From the NCBI GenBank assembly GCA_036567945.1, contig DATCTM010000020.1:72-64071 (forward strand): a stretch of DNA of 64,000 nucleotides, read 5' to 3'. This DNA comes from Vicingaceae bacterium. Its GTDB lineage: Bacteria; Bacteroidota; Bacteroidia; Flavobacteriales_E; Vicingaceae. Numbering within the stretch: position 1 is the stretch's first letter; every line of letters begins with the position of its first letter. The translations under genes were made by a program, and so were the position numbers. Of the stretch, positions 1-9,220 are shown one piece after another. The notes beneath the pieces are model-generated. The model did no database searches, was not told the DNA's origin, and worked only from the letters and a program-made list of their open reading frames with translations.

Positions 1-602
1 GCAATGCGGGTTGGCTAGCCACAATAGATTGGGGAACAGCAACAGCCCCAATTTACAAGGCATTTTTAGCGGGAATTGAAGTGCATGTTTGGGTAGATGA
101 AACCCGACCAAGAAACCAAGGAGCAAGCCTTACCGCTTTTGAATTAAATCAGCAAGGTGTAAAACACACCTTAATTGCAGACAATACCGGAGGCCATTTA
201 ATGCAACACGGTTTAGTAGATTTAGTAATTGTCGGTACCGATAGAACAACCAGAAATGGTGATGTCGCCAACAAAATAGGCACATATTTAAAAGCACTTG
301 CTGCCTATGATAATCATATTCCATTTTATGTTGCAGCTCCTTCATCGTCCATAGATTTTTCTATTGCTGATGGCGTTAAAAATATTCCAATTGAAACGCG
401 TAATGAAAATGAAGTGAAATACATTCAAGGATTATTAGACAATGAAATAAAATCCGTATTAATTTGTCCTGAAACAACACCCGCTGTAAACTATGGTTTT
501 GATGTTACTCCGGCAAGATTAATTACAGGTTTAATAACCGAAAGAGGAGTATGTGCTGCTGCTGAGGAAGGACTAAAAAAACTATTTCCAGAAAAATATT
601 AA
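1..602 (+). CDS. mtnA: S-methyl-5-thioribose-1-phosphate isomerase (eIF-2B alpha/beta/delta family), 5' end cut by window edge
   Basis: The frame of ORF 81..602 stays open back to base 3 ([30 protein letters not shown]...). Motifs VDETRPxxQGA, GTDRxxxNGDxANKIGTY and FDVTP are typical of MtnA. Confidence 0.85.
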   Translation, partial: NAGWLATIDWGTATAPIYKAFLAGIEVHVWVDETRPRNQGASLTAFELNQQGVKHTLIADNTGGHLMQHGLVDLVIVGTDRTTRNGDVANKIGTYLKALAAYDNHIPFYVAAPSSSIDFSIADGVKNIPIETRNENEVKYIQGLLDNEIKSVLICPETTPAVNYGFDVTPARLITGLITERGVCAAAEEGLKKLFPEKY

Positions 603-611
603 TTAGGAATT

Positions 612-1211
612 ATGACAAAGAAAATTGACGAAGGCTATATTAAATTTAATTGCGACTGGACTTTTAAACCACTTCAAATAAATATTCCTGAAGATTTACT
701 TTTTTACAGAGATAAACTTCATGAACTAAAACTCATAGGTCATTTTGAAGACTTAAACATTGGCTATGGTAACATCAGTGTAAAAACGAATGATGGCATT
801 ATTGTTTCAGGAACACAAACAGGCAACATTTTCCCTATAAACAAAGAATCTTTTACTCTTGTAACCAACTATGAAATAGCCAAGAATAATGTGGTTTGCG
901 AAGGCCCTGTTAAAGCATCATCTGAAACGATGACACATGCCGCTATTTACGAAGTAGATGACAGTATAAAAGCCATTATTCATGTTCATAATAAAAAAAT
1001 GTGGGAAAAATTAATACATAAATTTCCAACTACCAACGCAAAAACTGCCTATGGAACTCCTGAAATGGCTAAAGAAATAAAACGTCTTTTTAATGACTAT
1101 AACTTCAATAAAACAGACAATATTATAATTATGGCAGGACACGAAGATGGCATAATTTCATTTGGAAAAGATTTAAAAGAAGCATATAATATTCTTTTAA
1201 AACACTTTTAA
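612..1211 (+). CDS. class II aldolase/adducin-domain protein, plausible methylthioribulose-1-phosphate dehydratase (MtnB-like)
   Basis: About 200 aa with an HxH (IIHVHNKK) plus a later GHEDG His, like the Zn ligands of class II aldolases. It starts 10 nt after mtnA. The MtnB assignment is inferred from neighbourhood. Confidence 0.6.
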   Translation: MTKKIDEGYIKFNCDWTFKPLQINIPEDLLFYRDKLHELKLIGHFEDLNIGYGNISVKTNDGIIVSGTQTGNIFPINKESFTLVTNYEIAKNNVVCEGPVKASSETMTHAAIYEVDDSIKAIIHVHNKKMWEKLIHKFPTTNAKTAYGTPEMAKEIKRLFNDYNFNKTDNIIIMAGHEDGIISFGKDLKEAYNILLKHF

Positions 1212-1245
1212 GAATACAATAATACTTGTCAATTCGTTTTTTTTT
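1212..1245 (+). terminator. possible intrinsic terminator after the aldolase gene
   Basis: GAATACAA / TTGTCAATTC stem with a 2-nt bulge, followed by a T9 run (1237-1245). Confidence 0.4.
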
Positions 1246-1261
1246 ATCTCAAAGTGTAGTT

Positions 1262-1269
1262 TACATTTG
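1262..1269 (+). promoter_or_regulatory. candidate Bacteroidota sigma-A -7 box (TACATTTG)
   Basis: Exact match to TAnnTTTG about 60 nt upstream of the 1332/1350 start codons. Confidence 0.35.
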
Positions 1270-1331
1270 GTTTCTGAAATATCATTTTCAACACAAGGCA
1301 ACTGATAATTAGATAATTCGTCTCTGTGTTG

Positions 1332-1769
1332 ATGATAAACAAAAAACAAATGCAAAAAACCATACTTCTTTTAATTCTTTCAGTTCTACTTTTAACAAAT
1401 AGCAAAGTATTTTCATCAATCCCGTTATTTTCTTTTTCTGAAAAAGAAGTTACCATAGACTTCAAAACAAGTTTAGAGGATGTACTTAAAATCAAAAAAG
1501 AACTTTCATTTTTACTTATTGCCGATTTTACCGATAAAGAGCTAAAAGCTTGGAAAAAACAAGTAAAGTCTGATGAAAATGTAAAAGATATTAAAATAAG
1601 TAAATCAGCTAAAAATGAAGGCTGGGATGTAGTTTTAGTCTTACAAAATGAAATTAACAGGAACAATGCTAAAATACTTTTTTCATTTTCTATTAAAGCC
1701 GATTACATAATTATTGGAAACGAAAAAATATTATTTAATGTATTTGTTTCTAAACATATACCAAATTAA
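1332..1769 (+). CDS. hypothetical secreted protein
   Basis: ORF 1326..1769. First ATG is at 1332, with an alternative at 1350. Signal-peptide-like N-terminus (KTILLLILSVLLLTNSKVFS). No recognisable domain. Confidence 0.55.
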   Translation: MINKKQMQKTILLLILSVLLLTNSKVFSSIPLFSFSEKEVTIDFKTSLEDVLKIKKELSFLLIADFTDKELKAWKKQVKSDENVKDIKISKSAKNEGWDVVLVLQNEINRNNAKILFSFSIKADYIIIGNEKILFNVFVSKHIPN

Positions 1770-1789
1770 ATTTTGTCACTAAAAAAAAC

Positions 1790-4700
1790 ATGATGTTTAG
1801 GTTCATATTAGTTTTAGCTCTTTTATTTACATTCATAGAAAGTTACACTCAATCAACTTGTAACAACTCTGCACCATTTTGTACTTCTACTGGTGTTAAT
1901 TTTCCAGCATCAACTAACACAACAGCTCCTGTTGGACCAGACTATGGATGTTTAGGATCTCAACCTAATCCGGCTTGGTATTATTTAAATATTTCAACTG
2001 GTGGAAATATAGACATAACACTATCTAATAGTGCTAATGTTGATATTGATTTTGCTGCATGGGGTCCATTTGCATCTCAAGCCGCAATGCAAGCGGCTGT
2101 TTGTGGTGGTACAAGTGGCAGTCCAATTGACTGTAGTTTTTCAACTGCTGCCAATGAAATTGTTTCTTTGCCTAATACACAACCTGGAGAGTGGTACATG
2201 TTACTTATCACCAACTTTTCCGGACAACCAACTAACATTACTGCCACACAAACTGGTGGTTCTGGAGCAACTAACTGTGCTATACTCTGTAATATAACAG
2301 GTTTAACTGCTGTTCCAGGAGCTTGCAATCCTGCTAACAATCAATATGATGTTACTGGAACAATTAATGTTACTAACCCTCCCGCAACAGGCACACTAAC
2401 CATCACCAATTCTTGTGGGGGAAGTACAGTCATTAATCCACCATTTGCCACAAGTATTAATTACACCATTCCCGGAGTTACCGCAAATGGGGCTAACTGT
2501 ACAATAACAGCTACTTTTTCTGCCGACCCAACTTGTACATTTACTCAAAACTATACAGCTCCTGCCAGTTGCACCGTTACTTGTAATATAACAGGCTTAA
2601 CTGCTGTTCCAGGAGCTTGTAACCCAGCAAATAATCAATATGATGTTACTGGAACAATTAATGTTACTAATCCGCCAGCAACAGGCACACTAACTATCAC
2701 TAATTCTTGTGGAGGAAGTACGGTCATTAATCCCCCTTTTGCTTCAAGTATTAATTATACTATTCCCGGAGTCACCGCAAATGGTGCTAACTGTACAATA
2801 ACAGCTACTTTCTCAGCCGACCCGGCATGTACGCTCACACAAAACTATACAGCTCCTGCCAGTTGTACTGTTTCTTGTAATATTAATAACTTTACTGCAA
2901 ATATTGGTGCTTGTCAGCCAAATAATACATATACTGTAAACGGTACTATTGATTTTACAACAGGAATAACAACCGATTCACTTGTAATTACTATAAATGA
3001 TGGAATAAATACATACGATACTATTATCTATCCTCCTTATGTTTCTCCAATGAATTGGAGTATATCAGGAATGAACTCAAATGGAAATAACATTACTATT
3101 ACCGCTACTTTTGCTGCCGACCCTTCTTGCACGGTTTCCCTCAACTCTACTGCTCCTGCTGCGTGTGGGTGTGTAGCTCAAATTGGCAACTTCAATATAA
3201 ACATGACAGGAAATGGAACAACCAACTACATTTTATGTTTTGGAGATCAAATAAACATTGCTTCCAATATAGGTTATAATCCTCCAGCAGTTGCTAACAA
3301 CCCTCCCGGACCGGCTTACAACCCCGGAATTGGTTATTTAATATATAGCTGTCCACCAACAATAGGAACTGTACCAAGCAATGTTCCTCCTCATGATGAC
3401 ATTACCAATGACCCTTGTTTTGTTGGCGTGGTAGGATTTGGTAGTAGTTTTAATGATATTAATTCTAATGGACAACCTAGTTGGGTGGGACCATGGACAA
3501 ATAATACTTTATATTATGTTCCCATAACATTTTATGACACCATTAGTGGAACATATAGTTATGTTAATACCACCATGCCATGTTATGATATGGGCAACCC
3601 TATCGCTGTTCAATATTTACCTGAAATTGTTAGTTCCAACCCTACTGAAGATTGTCTAGATAGTTCATTTACCATTACTATAACTGGAGGTCTCCCAGCA
3701 ATTAACGGTTCTAATTTTACTGCCTCTAATTTATCTCCTGCAAATGCAAGTTTTGTAAATACAACAACGCCTAACGGTGGTACTATACAAATTAATGGCT
3801 TGCTAAATGGAGACATGTATAGTTTTGATGTGGTTGACGATAACGGCTGTCCGATAACTATCTCAGGTGGTCCGTTTGTTGGGTTACCAAATGCTAATGC
3901 TGGAGTAGATGACACGTCTTGTGTATTAACTTATGCTTTAAATGCCATTCCAAGTATAGGAACTGGCAGTTGGTCAGGACCTGCAGGTGTTGTGTTTAAT
4001 CCTGTTAACTCTCCAACGGCAACTGTAACAGTTCCATCAGCAGGAACTTATAACTTTACTTGGACAGAAACCAATACTGCTGCTTGTGTTACAAGTGATG
4101 TAGTTACTATTACCTTTTCAAACCTTTCTGAAAGTACTGTTACCACTCCTGCAACTTGTTCAGCCAATGATGGAACCATAACTATAACTGCCATTGATGG
4201 AGTATCTCCTTATCAATACAGTATTAATGGCGGTACTACGTTCCAAGCTGGCAATACATTTTCTAACTTAGCTGCAAATACATATAACATTGTTGTAGAA
4301 GACGTTGTTGGTTGTCAGGTTACAGCTTCTTATACAGTTAATAGCATTGCAGGACCAACCATCAATTCATCTAATTTTACTGATCCAACATGTAACGGAG
4401 ATTGTGATGGAACAATTACTGTAACTGGAACTTCTCCTGCAGGTGGTGAGCAATACAGCATTGATGGTATTAATTTCCAAGCATCAGGAACATTTAATAA
4501 TTTATGTGCAGGAATTTATACAGTTACTATTAGTGATTCAAACTCATGCATAGATACTGTTTCTTTAACATTAACCAATCCAGACTCTGTAACCATAAGT
4601 GCATCAGATATAACTATTTGTACTGGACAATCGGCTACCCTTACTGCTACTGCAGGTGGTGGTTCAGGAAGTGGTTATACTTATAATTGGAACAACGGAG

Positions 4701-5857
4701 CTTCAACTACTTCTACATATACAGTTTCTCCTCCGGCAACAACAAGTTACCCCGTTTTTGCTATTGATGGAAATGGATGTACTTCACCAACCATTAATGT
4801 TACCGTAACTGTTACTCCACCATTATCGGTTGTAGCTAGTCCTTCAGACACTAGTATTTGTCCGGGAGAGTCTGTTATTATTTATGCCACTCCTTTCTTT
4901 GGAAATGGTGGCCCTTATACTTACCAATGGAGTAATGGCTCAACAGATTCTAGTCAAGTAGTTTCTCCTGCAACAACAACTGTTTACACCGTTACATTAA
5001 ACGATGGTTGTTCTCCTCCAACTACAGGGACAGTAACTATTAATATTATGCCTTTACCACAAATAAGTTTTACTGCCGACAAATATGAAGCTTGTGAAAC
5101 TCCTGTAGAAACCTTTACTTTCTACAATACTACAGATACCACTGGTGGCATGGTTAGCTCTTCTATTTGGGATTTTGGTGATGGTAGTTCAGCTGTTGGA
5201 GATACTGTTACTCATGCGTACAATAGTACTGGAACTTATGATGTAACCCTTACCATTACTTCTTCTGCTACTGCAGGAGGGTGTACCAATAGTGTTACTT
5301 ATCCAAATTATATTACCATACATCAAAATCCTACTGCTGATTTTTACATGAAAGATAATCCTGCCAACATGTTAAATCCAATAGTAAGTTTTCATGATCA
5401 ATCTTATTTTAATATTGTAGGTTGGGCTTGGGATATTGGTGGTTTAGATTCAAGCTATATACAAAACCCAATGTATGAATTCCCTGTAGATACCGGGCAT
5501 TACCCCATAACACTTACCGTTATTGATGATAATGGATGTATTGGAACTATTACAAAAATATTAGAAGTAGAGGGTGAATTTGGTATTTACATCCCTAACG
5601 CCTTTACTCCTGATTTTGATTTCTTAAATGAAGGTTTTGGTCCGAAAGGGTTTGGTATTAGCGAAGTAAATTACTCTTTCTTTATTTTTGACAGATGGGG
5701 CGAAATTATTTATGAATCGCATACGCTTTTTGAACCTTGGAATGGTACCTACAAAGGCAAGTTAGTACAAAATGGTGTTTATGTTTGGAAACTAGAATTT
5801 CAAGATATAAATGGTAAAAAACATTCCAAAATTGGACATGTAAATGTAATTAGATAA
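1790..5857 (+). CDS. giant cell-surface adhesin-like protein with T9SS type B (gliding-motility-associated) C-terminal sorting domain
   Basis: 1355 aa with a signal peptide and a Cys-rich N-terminal domain. It has 98-aa tandem modules, SprB-type repeats (CSANDGTITITAIDGVSPYQYSINGG), and a PKD domain (WDFGDGS...HAYNSTGTYDVTL). The C-terminus IPNAFTPDFDFLNEGF...FIFDRWGEIIYES...WNGTYKG...GVYVWKLEF is typical of the type B sorting domain. Confidence 0.85.
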   Translation: MMFRFILVLALLFTFIESYTQSTCNNSAPFCTSTGVNFPASTNTTAPVGPDYGCLGSQPNPAWYYLNISTGGNIDITLSNSANVDIDFAAWGPFASQAAMQAAVCGGTSGSPIDCSFSTAANEIVSLPNTQPGEWYMLLITNFSGQPTNITATQTGGSGATNCAILCNITGLTAVPGACNPANNQYDVTGTINVTNPPATGTLTITNSCGGSTVINPPFATSINYTIPGVTANGANCTITATFSADPTCTFTQNYTAPASCTVTCNITGLTAVPGACNPANNQYDVTGTINVTNPPATGTLTITNSCGGSTVINPPFASSINYTIPGVTANGANCTITATFSADPACTLTQNYTAPASCTVSCNINNFTANIGACQPNNTYTVNGTIDFTTGITTDSLVITINDGINTYDTIIYPPYVSPMNWSISGMNSNGNNITITATFAADPSCTVSLNSTAPAACGCVAQIGNFNINMTGNGTTNYILCFGDQINIASNIGYNPPAVANNPPGPAYNPGIGYLIYSCPPTIGTVPSNVPPHDDITNDPCFVGVVGFGSSFNDINSNGQPSWVGPWTNNTLYYVPITFYDTISGTYSYVNTTMPCYDMGNPIAVQYLPEIVSSNPTEDCLDSSFTITITGGLPAINGSNFTASNLSPANASFVNTTTPNGGTIQINGLLNGDMYSFDVVDDNGCPITISGGPFVGLPNANAGVDDTSCVLTYALNAIPSIGTGSWSGPAGVVFNPVNSPTATVTVPSAGTYNFTWTETNTAACVTSDVVTITFSNLSESTVTTPATCSANDGTITITAIDGVSPYQYSINGGTTFQAGNTFSNLAANTYNIVVEDVVGCQVTASYTVNSIAGPTINSSNFTDPTCNGDCDGTITVTGTSPAGGEQYSIDGINFQASGTFNNLCAGIYTVTISDSNSCIDTVSLTLTNPDSVTISASDITICTGQSATLTATAGGGSGSGYTYNWNNGASTTSTYTVSPPATTSYPVFAIDGNGCTSPTINVTVTVTPPLSVVASPSDTSICPGESVIIYATPFFGNGGPYTYQWSNGSTDSSQVVSPATTTVYTVTLNDGCSPPTTGTVTINIMPLPQISFTADKYEACETPVETFTFYNTTDTTGGMVSSSIWDFGDGSSAVGDTVTHAYNSTGTYDVTLTITSSATAGGCTNSVTYPNYITIHQNPTADFYMKDNPANMLNPIVSFHDQSYFNIVGWAWDIGGLDSSYIQNPMYEFPVDTGHYPITLTVIDDNGCIGTITKILEVEGEFGIYIPNAFTPDFDFLNEGFGPKGFGISEVNYSFFIFDRWGEIIYESHTLFEPWNGTYKGKLVQNGVYVWKLEFQDINGKKHSKIGHVNVIR
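2288..2875 (+). repeat. two tandem 294-bp (98-aa) coding modules inside the adhesin
   Basis: Units 2288-2581 and 2582-2875 both start with TGTAATATAACAGG. By hand count there are 4/98 aa differences but about 33/294 nt differences, almost all synonymous. Confidence 0.9.
2876..3169 (+). repeat. third, strongly diverged copy of the 98-aa module
   Basis: Same length and the same Cys spacing (CNI...GAC...ITATFAADPSCT...APAACG), but most other residues are changed. Confidence 0.7.
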
Positions 5858-5863
5858 TTTTTC

Positions 5864-7081
5864 CTAAACCACCTCAGCAACCACAAAGGTACTTCCTCCG
5901 ATAAAAATCAAATCTTGGGCAGTAGCATTTTGTTGAGCCGCTTTGTAAGCTGCCTCAACAGATGAGAAAATTGTGCCTGACAAACCAACTACTGTTGCTT
6001 TTTCTGCTAAAATGTTTACATCTAACGCTCTTGGAATGTTGGCCTGACAAAAATAATAAGTAGCATTTTTAGGCAGTAATTGAAGAATATTGGTAATGTC
6101 TTTATCGTTTACTACTCCCAACACAAAGTGTAATTTTTCAAACGATTGTTGATTGATTTGAGCTAAAATTAATTTTATTCCGGCTTCATTGTGTCCGGTA
6201 TCACAAACCGTTAGTGGTTGCTTATTTAATACTTGCCACCTACCCATTAATCCGGTATTTTTCACCACATTTAGCAAACCTTGTTTGATATGATTTTCAG
6301 CAATTTTCCAACCTAATTGTTGAAGGATTTGAATAGTAGCAAGTACTGTTTTTTTATTTTGTTGCTGATATACTCCTTTTAAATCACTTTCATATTCTTT
6401 AAGTGATAGTTTGTCGGCAAATTGGATAGTAGCGTTCAATTGGGTGGCTTTTTCAATAAAAACGTGTTTTATTTCGGATTGTGTTTCACCAATTATTACC
6501 GGAATAGTTGGTTTTATTATTCCTGCCTTTTCAGCAGCAATTTTGGCTAAGGTATTTCCCAAAAACTGCGTATGATCCATACTAATATTAGTAATTACAG
6601 CCACTTCAGGAGTAACTATATTGGTAGAATCGAGTCTGCCCCCCAAACCAGTTTCTATAATTACTATATCCACTTTTTGGTTGGCAAAATAATGAAACGC
6701 CAACCCTACTGTCCATTCAAAAAAAGAAAGCTGTATTTTTTCAAATTCATTTTTGTATTCCTTAACAAAGTCAATCACTTCATTTTCTGAAATCATAGCT
6801 CCGTTAATTTTTATACGTTCTCTAAAGTCCTTTAAATGAGGAGATGTGTAAAGTCCCACTTTATAACCCGCTTCTTGTAAAACAGATGCCAACATATGTG
6901 AAGTTGAACCCTTGCCATTTGTTCCTGCTATATGTACTGACTTAAATTGTTTTTCAGGATGATTTAATATTTCACTCAAACGATAGGTATTATCTAAATT
7001 GGCTTTATAAGCTGCATTTCCAATACGTTGATACATGGGCAACTGACCAAAAAGATAATCGAGTGTTTCGGGGTAATTCAT
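5864..7081 (-). CDS. folC: bifunctional folylpolyglutamate synthase / dihydrofolate synthase
   Basis: P-loop HIAGTNGKGST and overall Mur-ligase/FolC layout. The ATG at 7081 overlaps the tonB stop (TGATG). The ORF track's first codon, at 7084, is TTG. Confidence 0.85.
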   Translation of the reverse strand: MNYPETLDYLFGQLPMYQRIGNAAYKANLDNTYRLSEILNHPEKQFKSVHIAGTNGKGSTSHMLASVLQEAGYKVGLYTSPHLKDFRERIKINGAMISENEVIDFVKEYKNEFEKIQLSFFEWTVGLAFHYFANQKVDIVIIETGLGGRLDSTNIVTPEVAVITNISMDHTQFLGNTLAKIAAEKAGIIKPTIPVIIGETQSEIKHVFIEKATQLNATIQFADKLSLKEYESDLKGVYQQQNKKTVLATIQILQQLGWKIAENHIKQGLLNVVKNTGLMGRWQVLNKQPLTVCDTGHNEAGIKLILAQINQQSFEKLHFVLGVVNDKDITNILQLLPKNATYYFCQANIPRALDVNILAEKATVVGLSGTIFSSVEAAYKAAQQNATAQDLIFIGGSTFVVAEVV

Positions 7082-7863
7082 CAATTAAGAATGTAAACAA
7101 AAGTCATGGTACCTTTTTGTTCTGCTGGAGCATCTGCTTTTACATTGAAACGAGCTTCTAGTGCTGCTTCTTTAGAAATTTTATACAAGGTTGGGTTGGT
7201 AGTACTAGAACCTCTTGCTCCAGGTGTTGCTCTAATCACTTTTCCGTTTTTATCCACCACAATTTCTACCACCACTTTTCCATCTTCTTGTGTTGGATTA
7301 TTTGGTTTTTTCACTTTTACCATCGATCTTCCAGCCAAAGAAAAGTCAACACCATTACCTGTTCCTCCTCCCGTATAATTATTGCTGTTGGGGTCACCAC
7401 TTTCATCACCTTGATCTCCTGGAGTTCCTGTATTTCCATCTCCAGTAGAATTGTTATTAGGGTTATTCAAAGCATTTAAAGCATTAGATAAATTTTCATC
7501 CACTGTTTGCTCTGTTTGTTGCGTTGTTGTATTTTGATTAGTGGTAGTAGTTGTATTTTGCGAAGCATTCATTTCTACAGATTCTTCCGTAGTTGTTAAA
7601 GCATTTTCTTGAGCTGAACTTGGCGTAGTAGTTTCGCTTGTTGTAGTATTTTCTGAAGTAGTAGTAGTTTCTGAAGAAGAGGGTTGAGTATCGCCCATAC
7701 CTTCATCGGTTGTTCCAAAATTAATCACCATTCCTCCTGCATTTTCCTCAGGTGGGTCTTGGTAAGTCATCCCAAATTGAATAAACAGCAACAACAACAG
7801 CAAGTGAAACAAGATGGTTCCAATTACTCCGGTTCTACTATTTTTTTCTTGTAAGATTTCCAT
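7081..7863 (-). CDS. tonB: energy transducer TonB
   Basis: N-terminal TM anchor (VIGTILFHLLLLLLFIQF). C-terminal TonB-type domain (GKVVVEIVVDKNGKVIRATPGARGSS...EARF). It lies last in the exbB-exbD-tonB order. The linker is Thr/Asn/Gln-rich rather than Pro-rich. Confidence 0.75.
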   Translation of the reverse strand: MEILQEKNSRTGVIGTILFHLLLLLLFIQFGMTYQDPPEENAGGMVINFGTTDEGMGDTQPSSSETTTTSENTTTSETTTPSSAQENALTTTEESVEMNASQNTTTTTNQNTTTQQTEQTVDENLSNALNALNNPNNNSTGDGNTGTPGDQGDESGDPNSNNYTGGGTGNGVDFSLAGRSMVKVKKPNNPTQEDGKVVVEIVVDKNGKVIRATPGARGSSTTNPTLYKISKEAALEARFNVKADAPAEQKGTMTFVYILN

Positions 7864-7902
7864 TTATTCTGCTTGATGCATTAATTTTATTTATTCCATA
7901 AT

Positions 7903-8295
7903 TTATTTTGGAGAAGTAGCTAACACCAATTTCAATTTATTTCTATTCGCAATATCCATAATTACCACCACATTTTCTATCGGCACGCTTTTTTCTGCTC
8001 GCAATATAATTCCCGGATTTTCTTCATTAGCCGTTTGCGATAATAATAAGGTTTCTAATTCCTCAACAGCTACTTCATCTTTATTTACATAATACCTTAA
8101 ATCTTCAGTAATACTAACATTCACCGTTTGCGGACGAGGAGCTGAATGACTTGCTTTAGGCAAAATCACATCCAACGCATTAGGACTAATTAAGGTAGAA
8201 GCGATGATGAAAAACACCAACAACAAAAACACAATATCCGTCATACTAGACATATTGAAGTTGGTATTTACTCTATTTTTTGAACGTATAGCCAT
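7903..8295 (-). CDS. exbD: biopolymer transporter ExbD/TolR
   Basis: 130 aa with the N-terminal TM motif MTDIVFLLLVFF and typical ExbD length and context. Confidence 0.85.
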   Translation of the reverse strand: MAIRSKNRVNTNFNMSSMTDIVFLLLVFFIIASTLISPNALDVILPKASHSAPRPQTVNVSITEDLRYYVNKDEVAVEELETLLLSQTANEENPGIILRAEKSVPIENVVVIMDIANRNKLKLVLATSPK

Positions 8296-8372
8296 TTTTA
8301 TTAGTTAAAAGTTTGTAAAGTATAAAGTGTGACAGTTTGTAAAGTCTATTCTCTAATTCTCATATCCACACA

Positions 8373-9089
8373 TCAATTAGCTGGCTCATGTAAAATATCT
8401 AAAAATTCGGTAGTTCTAGCTTCCATAATAAAAACAATTTTCTCCACTTTTGCTACCAATGTATTGTAGCCAATATAAGCAACAATACCTACAATAAGTC
8501 CGGCTACAGTAGTGGTCATGGCTGTAAAAATTCCTTCCGAAAGGGTATTCAAATCAACACCTCCACCACCTTTAGACATTTCATGGAAAACCAAAATCAT
8601 TCCGATAACTGTTCCTAAGAAACCAATCATTGGTGCAGCACCAGAGATAGTTGCCAAGGTAGATAAATTTTTTTCTAGTTTGTTCAGTTCTAATTTTCCA
8701 GTAGTCTCTACAGCAGTTCCAATATCACTTAATGGTTTCCCAATTCTAGAAATACCTTTTTCTATCATTTTTGCCACAGGCGATGCATTAGATTTACATA
8801 ACGTTTTAGCTGCATCCATCTTACCTTCATGTATAAAATCTTTAATTTGATTCATAAAATTGGCATCTTCTTTACTGGCATTTTTAATAGCCAAGTATCT
8901 TTCTATTATAATATAAACTGCTAGTATAGATAATATCAACAGCGTTATCATAATAATTGCTCCACCTATTCCACCGGAGCTTACCAATTCCCATATAGAA
9001 AGTGTTTTTTCTTCAGAAACTGCTTCTTGAACCACTGTTGATGTTGTGTCAGCAGCCACATTTACTTGTAATAACAAAGATTGAATCAT
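8373..9089 (-). CDS. exbB: MotA/TolQ/ExbB proton channel protein
   Basis: Three TM segments and the conserved C-terminal region GAAPMIGFLGTVIGMI...EGIFTAMTTTVAGL. Confidence 0.85.
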   Translation of the reverse strand: MIQSLLLQVNVAADTTSTVVQEAVSEEKTLSIWELVSSGGIGGAIIMITLLILSILAVYIIIERYLAIKNASKEDANFMNQIKDFIHEGKMDAAKTLCKSNASPVAKMIEKGISRIGKPLSDIGTAVETTGKLELNKLEKNLSTLATISGAAPMIGFLGTVIGMILVFHEMSKGGGGVDLNTLSEGIFTAMTTTVAGLIVGIVAYIGYNTLVAKVEKIVFIMEARTTEFLDILHEPAN

Positions 9090-9220
9090 AATTTATAGAT
9101 TTTTATAGTGCTAAAATACGGTTGATTGATGATGATAGTAAGAACAAAAAATGTAATTTGTAAACAGCGAACTGTTAGCTTTTATTGTCCGGAATATCTT
9201 AAAACTTATTAAAAAAGCAA

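Noticed and set aside
1244-1666. 140-aa minus-strand ORF overlapping ORF 1326..1769
   Set aside because: It has an S/F/L-rich shadow-frame composition. The plus-strand ORF has a signal peptide and sits behind a TACATTTG box, so I kept the plus-strand call, though only with moderate confidence.
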